Source: an uncultured Thermoplasmata archaeon (GTDB lineage Archaea > Thermoplasmatota > Thermoplasmata > UBA10834). Taken from it: a stretch of DNA of 64,000 nt. Below are positions 40,791-49,800 of the stretch, piece by piece (the first letter of the stretch is position 1; the number at the start of each line of letters is the position of its first letter). The translations under genes and the position numbers were made by a program. The stretch covers positions 640,001 to 704,000 of the forward strand of contig CAVRDX010000001.1 in assembly GCA_963719945.1 (NCBI GenBank), given 5' to 3'. The notes under the pieces are model-generated. The model ran no database searches, had not been told where the DNA came from, and saw nothing but the letters and a program-made list of their open reading frames with translations.

Positions 40791-41839
40791 CCCCTCCCAA
40801 GGGTTATCTTGCCTCTGAATTTTGCATAGGTGGCATAATCGAGATACTTTGGATTGGCGAGCTGCTCCTTCACCGTAGGTGCACGATCCCGTTTGTAGTT
40901 CGAAATCTCGTCTGTAACCGTTATATCGAAACCATCCGAGCCAGCACCTGAACCGTATGCTATGGCGAAGATGCGGTCTCCCGGTTTAGCCTCATCCAGG
41001 ATCGCAGCCAATCCCAACGGTACCGCTCCGGAGTAGGTGTTCCCGATATGGGGGACGATCAGGCCGAGCTTGCCCTGCGCCTCGTTGAACCCCAGCTGCT
41101 TGGCAACCCTGGTAGGGAACTTGCCGTTCGGCTGATGGAACACGGCATGAGCATAATCGCTCGGGGTCGTACCAGCCTTCTTCATCAGACCCTTCGCACA
41201 GCTCATTATGTGTTTGAAGTAGGCAGGCTCCCCTGTGAACCTCCCGCCATGGCTCGGGTACATCTGACCCTCCCGTCTCCAGAAATCTGGGGTATCGGTC
41301 GTGTATGAATATGTATGGTCTATCCTCGCGATGATCTTCTCAGCCCCGATCATATGGGCCGCACCGCCGGCAGATGCCGAGTATTCGAGCGCGTCGCCAG
41401 GGGCACCCTGTGAGGTATCCGCACCGATGGCCACACCATACTTCATCATGCCTGAGCCGACAAGACCCATGCATGTCTGAATGGCGGCCGTGCCCGCCTT
41501 GCACGCGAACTCAAAGTCCGCGACCGTCAGCTCTGGTGACGCTTCGATTGCTTCAGCGACTATCGTTCCTGAGGGTTTCACAGCGTATGGATGCGATTCC
41601 GAGCCGACATAGATGGCTCCTATATCCTTCGGGTCAACATCCACGCGCTTCATCATGTTCCGGGCGGCCTCCACGGAGATCGTGATAGTGTCCTCGTCCG
41701 GCCCAGGGACCGATTTGCTGAATATCATCAGGCCCTTTCCCATCGCAGTTCCATCTATGCCCCACACTTTGCCGATCTCTTCCGGCTTGATCCTATAGCG
41801 TGGGACGTACGCTCCATAACTCACGATTCCTACTTCCAT
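40787..41839 (-). CDS. mvaS: Archaeal HMG-CoA synthase
   Basis: [20 protein letters not shown] (catalytic Cys intact), [32 protein letters not shown]. Confidence 0.95.
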   Translation of the reverse strand: MEVGIVSYGAYVPRYRIKPEEIGKVWGIDGTAMGKGLMIFSKSVPGPDEDTITISVEAARNMMKRVDVDPKDIGAIYVGSESHPYAVKPSGTIVAEAIEASPELTVADFEFACKAGTAAIQTCMGLVGSGMMKYGVAIGADTSQGAPGDALEYSASAGGAAHMIGAEKIIARIDHTYSYTTDTPDFWRREGQMYPSHGGRFTGEPAYFKHIMSCAKGLMKKAGTTPSDYAHAVFHQPNGKFPTRVAKQLGFNEAQGKLGLIVPHIGNTYSGAVPLGLAAILDEAKPGDRIFAIAYGSGAGSDGFDITVTDEISNYKRDRAPTVKEQLANPKYLDYATYAKFRGKITLGRG

Positions 41840-41855
41840 CCGAATCCAGCCTCCA

Positions 41856-42539
41856 TCATCCTAGCGATTGGAGTATCTCGACCAGTTCACTTGCTGGCAG
41901 TTCCGTCCTCACGAGAGGAATGCCCTCCAGCTCTGCAAGCCTCACAGCCAGTTCGTCAACCTGCTCCGGCTTCTGATAAACTACCAGCGCAGGCTTGAGC
42001 GGATGGGCTCTGATGGCTATCATCGGTGAACGGCCGAATCTGACGCCAGTGAACACCAGCGCCCTCTGACTGCTCCAGCCATAGATCTTGAGGTAATCGA
42101 ACGAGCTGAGAGTCGTTATGGCTCTTATGCTGTCGATTATAGTGAACCCGTGGATGTGTTTGTCCAGAGATATGGCCGGCGTGAGGTTCTCACCCTTCAG
42201 CTTATCGACCAGGTCCGATGCGAGGACCTCCACGGAGAACTCCTTTATCGCGATTATCGATTCAGTCTTCGCAGCGAGCGAGTACTGCTTGAGGATAGAT
42301 CCGCCCGTCTTCTCGTCGATCTCAAGGAAGGCGTCGACGATCTTCCTGATGGTCGCGATTCCTGGCGATTTCCTCCTTCCGGCCTCGTAATCGCTTATGA
42401 CTGATGGCGAAATCCCAAGGTGCTTGGAGAGGTCCTGTTGAGAAATATTGAACTGTTCGCGCCACTTGCGTATCGTTCTGCCAGGCTCCTCAGAAAGGCA
42501 GATTTCTCCTGCGACTTTCTCCCTCACTTGGTCCCGCAT
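41856..42539 (-). CDS. XRE-HTH transcriptional regulator (COG1709-like), first gene of the mevalonate operon
   Basis: [50 protein letters not shown]. Confidence 0.88.
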   Translation of the reverse strand: MRDQVREKVAGEICLSEEPGRTIRKWREQFNISQQDLSKHLGISPSVISDYEAGRRKSPGIATIRKIVDAFLEIDEKTGGSILKQYSLAAKTESIIAIKEFSVEVLASDLVDKLKGENLTPAISLDKHIHGFTIIDSIRAITTLSSFDYLKIYGWSSQRALVFTGVRFGRSPMIAIRAHPLKPALVVYQKPEQVDELAVRLAELEGIPLVRTELPASELVEILQSLG

Positions 42540-42746
42540 GCTCCATGGAGCTGAATGTCGGTACTTATAGTTTGTCGTACCTACTTTACGGCAATAGACG
42601 AACATTCTGAGAAGAGAGTGACCCACTTTCGAAACTGGATGCATGCATGGGCCGTAGATGATACACGTGAGATGTGCCCATGAATATTGACAATTCGATA
42701 TCTATGGTACGGATTAGGGGACATAAATCGAGTTTCGCATCATAGA

Positions 42747-42754
42747 TATATAAG
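42747..42754 (+). promoter_or_regulatory. TATA box of tRNA-Pro
   Basis: TATATAAG about 40 bp upstream of the mature tRNA 5' end. Confidence 0.5.
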
Positions 42755-42791
42755 GGCCCTTCTGTTATCCCCTGACCGCCCACCACATACC

Positions 42792-42865
42792 GGGGTAGTG
42801 GTCTAGCTTGGTATGATCCGTGGTTCGGGACCACGTGACCGTCGGTTCAAATCCGACCTACCCCA
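42792..42865 (+). tRNA. tRNA-Pro(CGG), no intron
   Basis: Acceptor GGGGTAG/CTACCCC; anticodon arm CGTGG-TT-CGG-GA-CCACG; T-arm GTCGG-TTCAAAT-CCGAC. Confidence 0.95.
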
Positions 42866-42873
42866 CTCCAAGT

Positions 42874-45720
42874 CTAATTCTTGCGCGCTCTGCGGCCGTT
42901 CAACGCAGACATCAAGACGATGGCCAGAATCGCAATGACCGGTATCAGAATCGTCGAGAATTCCGGTATCGGTTCGCCCGTTATGGAGATATCCTCGGAA
43001 ACGATGCTGCATAGACCAGCACCATCAGTTATCTCGACCTTGACTGTGTACGTCCCAGGATATGAGTATGAATGTTCAGCAGTCAGCTCAGAGGACTTCT
43101 CGGTGTCCCACACGCCGTCCCCATCCCAGTCCCAGCGTATCAGGAGTTCGTCTACAGGGGTCTCTGCGTCAACCGACGATGAAGCATCGAACTCTATCTC
43201 GACACCTGTCAGCAGATCGATTGACATGACATCTAGCTGCGCCTCGGGCGCGTTGTTTATGAGCACGGATATCGTCGCAGAATCCCAGTCGACATCATAA
43301 TGCTCTAGAGCATCTGAGACTATCACCGAGACCACATAAGGCACATCAGAGGCGGTTGAGAATAGGTGTGAGAAACCGATCCGTGCAGATATCCCAGGCT
43401 CCGCCGTAGCATAGAATACCTCCAAAGAGGTGCCGTCAGTGAAATCGACAGACAGCATCATTTCATCCCCTTCTTCATCGGATGCCGTTATATTGAACCA
43501 GACTGTGGATCCTGGCACATAGTATGCGCTCGCCGGTGTATGCTCAATCGATAAGATCAGAGGCTTGAGATTGGACTCGTCCACGACAATGATCGCACTG
43601 TCGCTGATATTGTTGCCCTCGCCGTCATCGATAAACGCCATCAGCTCGAATGACTCAACGGAGAGATATACATGAGATGCAGAGTAATCAGACAGCGGAG
43701 CGCCCATAGTCATTGACGACCCATCCCCCCAGTCATACCAGACAGACACTACTGTACCGATTGCGTACTCCAGCACAGGTGTTATCGAGAAGACTTCGTT
43801 GTAGGTTGCCACATATGACGGTTCGATAGATATCGACGGTGGTGCAGTGGCGGCAGATGAGATCACAAGATTGTCGATCCAACCGCAGTCATCGAGACTG
43901 CTGCCAGATATATCCTTTGAGTAGGTCCACCTTATGGTGAATTCGCCCGAGCTGAGAGAGAATTCTTCTGCAGTCCAATCGACCGAACCGCTCATCCTGT
44001 CTATCACACCTGTGCCGTCGACCTCGAAACTGAGCCAATCAGCATCAGATTGAGAAGACACTTTCCAGTCGAACGAAATGTCTGCAGGGCCCATGATCGT
44101 CATCGCCAGCGAAGAACTGCTCGAATCGCCCACATTACCGCTCTGGAGCGAATCTCCGTCTACGCTGTATTCATGATCGACTCCAACCCATTCTGCGGAT
44201 CCGCTTCCTGTCGCAGTCACATCATCGACGTCCAGCGCATCGCTGAGGGTAATCGGCGAATAATAAGGAAACTCGACAGATACTGATGCAGGTATGGCCA
44301 AAGGGACCTCAGGTGACTGACCTGATGACTGTGAGGCAACGCCTGGAAGATAGGACGATTCGTAACGCTCGATCTTGAAGGAAGATAAGCTCGACTTGCC
44401 GGGCGAGGATCCGATGGAAAGCTCGAAACTATCGGAAGAAGTTGGGTATATGTCTTCGAACTCCGAGATGTCCAGGCACATGAAAGTCGGGTAGCCGTTG
44501 CTGATATCAGGCTCGAAATAGGGAATCTTCACATCAAGGATGGTTGCATCCCCTATGGAGAGTCTGGTCATGGCACTCCTCGAGGGAGACTCATCGAACT
44601 GCCAGATTGCCAGGAGAGTAGGCGAATAATCCACGATATCGACTATGAAGTTGGCCGTTAGGATGCCGAGCGTGCCCAGTTCCTCAATCGCATCGAACGT
44701 GATCCAGTAATATCCGTGGTCCCCCCAAGAAGCGCCCCAGGAATTGACAACTCGGAATGCGCCCAGGTCACCGTCGTCAGATATGGTCTCGTCGTAGCCG
44801 ACGATAGTCTGCGCATGATTCAGGCTGAGGGATGAATATTCTGAAGAAGATATGATGAAGTTGCCGTCTGAGAATCCTGAGCTGTATTCGTTGGCGTCGA
44901 AGCCAAATGTCACAGGAACCCCATCATTCAACATCTGCTTTATCACATCTATGGTCGATGACCCCGAATAGCTGATGTATCCCGCTTCATACGCTCTGTG
45001 AAGTGGTGCTTCTCGGAATGCGTCCTCGGAACCCCAGCTAACGGAGTCGGTGTCATCATATGGCATGGTAGCCAGAGTGGTCACTCCCCAATCGACAGCA
45101 ATCCACATGTTCTGATCGACCCATGACCCGGAATCACGGCCACCATTCACCATGTTATATGTCCAAGCAGGGGAGAGTAGTTGCTCAGGGTTCCCCAAAC
45201 TCGCCTCAGTCCATCCGTTGTCCTCCGCCTCCAAGAATCCATAGGCATAATAGGTCGCGGCCCAAGCAGAGCAAGAACCCTGTGATTCCTGGTTTCCGAC
45301 AATCGGGAAGGTTGAACGGGTCGAAAGATCGAAAGATGTCGGGAGGGCCTCCAAAGAATACGCAGCCTCATCCAAGACCACTTGACTCCCCTCAATGCTA
45401 TCCAGATATTCGACTGAAGGGGCGGTCAGACCAGTACCATGACCATCAATCACTGTGAGCGCGTCCGATGACGAAGATGTTCTCTCCGCTGCTGCCCTCA
45501 TGGCAGCAACATCGTCTGCGTTAGCCAAACGTAATGGAATTCTGGAATGACTGAGGACAGAGGAGGTCGATTGCAGCGCATCATCAGCAAATTGTCCTGT
45601 TGATGAAATCTGAAAATCCGATGATAAACTTGCACTTCCACCCAATATCGAGGTCATGATGACAAGGCAGCAGAGCGCAAGCGCAGGGATCCATATATTG
45701 ACTGAACGGAGTCTAGACAA
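42874..45720 (-). CDS. Secreted papain-family (C1A) cysteine peptidase with PKD domains and PEF-CTERM-like anchor
   Basis: Signal peptide; NQESQGSCSAW (Gln/Cys), NHAQTIVGYD (His), VVNSWGASWG--GY (Asn); PKD motifs (YDWGDG, WDWDGDG); C-terminal PIPEF + TM + RRARKN. Confidence 0.92.
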   Translation of the reverse strand: MSRLRSVNIWIPALALCCLVIMTSILGGSASLSSDFQISSTGQFADDALQSTSSVLSHSRIPLRLANADDVAAMRAAAERTSSSSDALTVIDGHGTGLTAPSVEYLDSIEGSQVVLDEAAYSLEALPTSFDLSTRSTFPIVGNQESQGSCSAWAATYYAYGFLEAEDNGWTEASLGNPEQLLSPAWTYNMVNGGRDSGSWVDQNMWIAVDWGVTTLATMPYDDTDSVSWGSEDAFREAPLHRAYEAGYISYSGSSTIDVIKQMLNDGVPVTFGFDANEYSSGFSDGNFIISSSEYSSLSLNHAQTIVGYDETISDDGDLGAFRVVNSWGASWGDHGYYWITFDAIEELGTLGILTANFIVDIVDYSPTLLAIWQFDESPSRSAMTRLSIGDATILDVKIPYFEPDISNGYPTFMCLDISEFEDIYPTSSDSFELSIGSSPGKSSLSSFKIERYESSYLPGVASQSSGQSPEVPLAIPASVSVEFPYYSPITLSDALDVDDVTATGSGSAEWVGVDHEYSVDGDSLQSGNVGDSSSSSLAMTIMGPADISFDWKVSSQSDADWLSFEVDGTGVIDRMSGSVDWTAEEFSLSSGEFTIRWTYSKDISGSSLDDCGWIDNLVISSAATAPPSISIEPSYVATYNEVFSITPVLEYAIGTVVSVWYDWGDGSSMTMGAPLSDYSASHVYLSVESFELMAFIDDGEGNNISDSAIIVVDESNLKPLILSIEHTPASAYYVPGSTVWFNITASDEEGDEMMLSVDFTDGTSLEVFYATAEPGISARIGFSHLFSTASDVPYVVSVIVSDALEHYDVDWDSATISVLINNAPEAQLDVMSIDLLTGVEIEFDASSSVDAETPVDELLIRWDWDGDGVWDTEKSSELTAEHSYSYPGTYTVKVEITDGAGLCSIVSEDISITGEPIPEFSTILIPVIAILAIVLMSALNGRRARKN

Positions 45721-45899
45721 GCTCCACCTTACCAGACATTAGACTCGCATCAATCATTATTAGCTTTGCGCATGAATGCAGGACGAGAATGCGTTGGATT
45801 GGATGAATCTAGACAATGAATATGATCCTAGCCCATTGGAAAAGGGCCAAGTATCGTGATATAAATGTATTTATCAAAGAATGTGTTTCCTCGGCTCAA

Positions 45900-46012
45900 G
45901 CAGGTGTAATCTAGTCTGGTTAGGATTTTGGCCTTCCAACTACTCCAATGAAGAAAACAAAATTGGAGAGGGACGAAAGCCAACGGCCCGGGTTCGAATC
46001 CCGGCACCTGCA
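45900..46012 (+). tRNA. tRNA-Gly(TCC) with a 39-nt intron (45939-45977) at position 37/38
   Basis: Acceptor GCAGGTG/CACCTGC-A; anticodon stem TTGGC/GCCAA; CT-TCC-A^intron^A; T-arm CCGGG-TTCGAAT-CCCGG; bulge-helix-bulge (BHB)-like fold with one mismatch in the central helix. Confidence 0.92.
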
Positions 46013-46071
46013 CTCTCGGCCCTTTGGGTTTCTGTCTGATCGTACAGCTTAGGAGCGTGCACTACTAGACC

Positions 46072-46263
46072 TTACTCACCGTCTCCATAGACAGGTGTAT
46101 GGGCAAGGGCGAAGGCGTCATCGAATCTCCGAGCCTCGGCCAATGCCAACTGCGGCACTATGCAATGTGGATGAAACTCGATCGTTCTTCTGTGTTGTTC
46201 CATTGGATCGCAGTATTCTGCGAACTCGCCATTGTGTTGCTTTAGTTTCCTGGTTCTGAACAT
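46072..46263 (-). CDS. Small hypothetical protein (63 aa)
   Basis: AGGTG SD overlapping the stop of the upstream small ORF; no family recognised. Confidence 0.45.
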   Translation of the reverse strand: MFRTRKLKQHNGEFAEYCDPMEQHRRTIEFHPHCIVPQLALAEARRFDDAFALAHTPVYGDGE

Positions 46264-46272
46264 TGTGTCCAC

Positions 46273-46503
46273 CTATCCCGCGATTTCTGCGTACTCACAT
46301 ACCTCAGGAACTGGCTCCGTTTCCGGATGCAGGCCATGGTCGATCGCCTTCAGATCATCCAGCAGTTCGACGATGTCCATGACATCTTCTCCTAGACCAG
46401 ACATCTCGTTAACGAGATCCTCAAGGTCCTGAAGCGTGTGGGTTTTCACCCATTCGATTGCCTGGGCGTTCAGTGTCGCCTGTGCCGCATTCCTGCGTCT
46501 CAT
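46273..46503 (-). CDS. Small acidic helical hypothetical protein (76 aa)
   Basis: Amphipathic pattern (LQDLEDLVNEM...IVELLDDLKAI); appears coupled to the next ORF; start position uncertain. Confidence 0.5.
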   Translation of the reverse strand: MRRRNAAQATLNAQAIEWVKTHTLQDLEDLVNEMSGLGEDVMDIVELLDDLKAIDHGLHPETEPVPEVCEYAEIAG

Positions 46504-46828
46504 TGCATCCCATCCCAAGTGGTTTGTCTGACGATTTGTCAGCTGAATTCCCATATATCGGTTCCGAATATTTAGCTTTTGCCAATATGTCGCATTCCAC
46601 ACATGCGATTCGTCTGACCATCATAGGCACCCAACAAATGAAATCTCGTAGAGATTTATTGCGCTGGACCATGTGATTCTGACTACACATCGGCGATTAA
46701 TGACATCCTCCGCGTCAGACGAAAAGAATAAAATCAACATACATGCATCTCCTGCCACCGTTGGAACGTTCTGGAAACGCTTTTAACGAGACACATCATT
46801 AAGCAAAGAAAGCCAGGGTGGATGGCAC

Positions 46829-49800
46829 TTGGGTCTATTGGATTCGCTGCTCAGCAAGGAGAAGAAAACCCTCTCCAAGGCAAAGAAAGGGATAGAGAAA
46901 GCGGACACGCTGGAGAAGAGTGGCCGCAAGGATGAAGCTAAGAGTGTCCTCGACCAGACAGGCGCCATGCTTAGAGAGAATCTCGTTTTCGTCGAGAAGC
47001 TGCATAGCGATTTCTCGGAGACTTTCGCAACGCTCGGTGAGAGATATCTCGTTCTAGATAACGCACAGATTGCACACGATGCTGCAACCGTATCATTACA
47101 GCTGGATGCCACAAACCCAGAGGCGATGGGAGTCGCGGGGAGGGCCGCCCTGAGGATGGGGAGGAAGGAGGAAGCAATCGAGTGGCTGAAGAAGGCAGTC
47201 ACAGCCGCCCCAAACTCCGCGGACCTATGGTCGATGCTCGGCGATGCTCAGGAGGCGATCGCCGATGTCGAAGGCGCGATTGCAAGCTACAGGAAGGTCG
47301 TCGAGATCACACCTGATAGCATACGTCATTATGAGAAGATACTCGCGCACCTGCCCAAAGAGACCGAGCTCATGAAAATGAAGGCGCAGGCACAGACGCG
47401 CATGCACAAGTTCGATGATGCGGGCCGGACATACAGAGCAGCCATCGATGTGGACCGCAGAGACAAGGACCTTTGGATCGGGAACGCTGCAGTCCTCAAT
47501 TATGCTGGCAAGAGCGAGCAAGCCATTGATTCGCTCGAGAAGGCGCTCGAGCTGGCCCCGAACGACTCGTTCATCTTGGACAATCTTGGGAGGGTCCAGC
47601 ACAAGATCGGAAGACGTGATGACGCACTCAAGAGCTTCTCCAAGGCAATCGAGATCGACAGCGGTAACAAGGTGATATGGAACGAGCTTGGAGTGGTTCA
47701 GGAAGAGCTCAAGATGCTCGACGAGGCCATCCAATCGTTCGATAATGCCCTTGCCATTGACCCGAACGACATCAATGTTCTCAACAACAAGAAGAAGACC
47801 CTGCTCAAGGGCGACCACATGGCCGAGGTACTCGAGACCTGCGATAGGATTATTGTGCTCAACCCGAAGGATTCCGAAGCTTTGCTGGACAAGGCGAAGG
47901 CGCTGAGGTCGCTCAACAGATACTCGGAGTGCCTCAACTTCACAGAGGCCTCATTGACCATTGCGCCAAAGGCCAGAGACGCGATGAACCTCAAGAAGGA
48001 TTGCCTCATGAGGCTCAACAGGTACTCCGAGGTCGTCTCATGGTGCAACAAGATGCTTTCGATCGACCCATCAGATTACGATACCATGCACGATAAGGGC
48101 ATTGCCCAGATGAAGATGGGAAGACCTCAGGACGCCGTCAAGACCTATGAGAAGGCACTGAAATCTGCGCCACACAAGCTCGAGATCCTGGAGAGCCTCC
48201 GGGATGCTTACAATGTCCTGAACAAATACGATGAAGTCATAGACACATGCGACAGGATAATCGGAGTCGACCCGAAGAACAAGCGGGCATATCTTGAGAA
48301 GGCACTGGCACTGGATAAGAAGGACCGGATCGACGATGCGCTCGTTGCATACATGGCCGCCCTGAAACACGACCGCAAGAACATGGACATATTCCTGAAT
48401 GCCGCATCAATGTTGAAACGGGCAGGGAAGCACAAGGAAGCGATGGATTATGCCAAGCAGGGCTTGTCGCTCGATCCGGACAACACAGGACTCTTGAGGA
48501 TCCGAGGCGAATCGGCATACTTGTCAAATGATTTCGAATCGGCAATCGAATCACTCCAAAGGTGCGTCAGCATAGACCAACACGACAAGAACGCGTACAG
48601 GTTCTTAGGACAATCGCTGGTCGAGCTGAAGAGTTATGAACAGGCATTGGCGGCCTACGACCACGCACTCACGTTAGACCCCAGAGATGCTGACATCCTA
48701 TTCATCAAAGCGGTTGCGCTGGAATGGCTCGACAGGACGGAGGACGCGTTGAAAGCCGCGAAGGAGGCGGTCCATTGGAATCCGTATCAAGCAGACTTCA
48801 CGCTCAAAATGGGAACCCTGCTCACCAAACTCGGACGTCTCGAGGAGGCGCTGGAGGCGTACGGTGTGGCGCTAGCCAGTTCGCCCAAGAATATCGAGGC
48901 ACTGAAGGCGAAGAACAGCATCCTGAAATCTCTCAAGCGACATGAAGAGGTCGTTAACACAAGCGATGAGATCCTCGCGATATCCTCCAAGGACAAGGAT
49001 GCTCAGATAGACAAGGGCGGCGCATTGTTGTTGCTGAAGAGACCTGGTGATGCACTCGTGTGCTTCGACCGAGCCCTCGACGTCGACAAGGACGACCTCG
49101 ATGCCCTGGAACTCAAGAAGACCGCGCTCAAGGAACTCAAGGATGACGAGGGCATCGTTACCACATGTAAGAGGATACTGGACCTGAGCCCGAAGAACAA
49201 ACACGCGATGGCGGACTGCGCCGGCTCGCTCGAGAACCTCGAGAAGGTGGAGGAGGCGATTGGATACTACGAGAAGGCACTGGCCCTGGACGCAACGGAC
49301 GTCTTCCTATGGAACAAGAAGGGATTGGCCCTTCTCGGCAGCGGAAACCCAGCTCAGGCCGCTGAAGCCTTCGATCAAGCGGTCAAGATCGATTCTAACC
49401 AGCCATATGTGCTGAACAACCGTGGCAAGGCATACCTCGAACTACGGCGATTCAAAGAGTCGCTGGAAGACTTCAACAAGGCGATCACAATCATATCTAA
49501 TACGCCCGAATTCCACATAAACAAGGGAAGGGCGCTCGCGAGCCTGGGCAACTTCGACGAGAGCATAGACTCGTTCAACGAGGCCAGGCGTCAGGCGCCC
49601 AATGACGCCTCCGCCCTCAAGTACATGGGCATGGCGCTCCTCAAGCTCAACAGGATACCCGACTCGCTCGGATCATTCGATGAGGCCATCAAACTGGGTC
49701 TCAACGACAAGGATGTCTGGATCGGGAGGGCCAAGGCATGCGAGGCCATGGGCAAGAAGGAGGAGGCCGTCCGCTCATATGCCACGGCACTGGACCTAGA

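Noticed and set aside
45933-45978. Alternative splicing registers of the tRNA giving TCA (Sec/opal) or CGA/TGA (Ser) anticodons
   Set aside because: The body has Gly identity (G1-C72, C2-G71, short variable loop), and the BHB geometry fits only the 37/38 junction that gives TCC.
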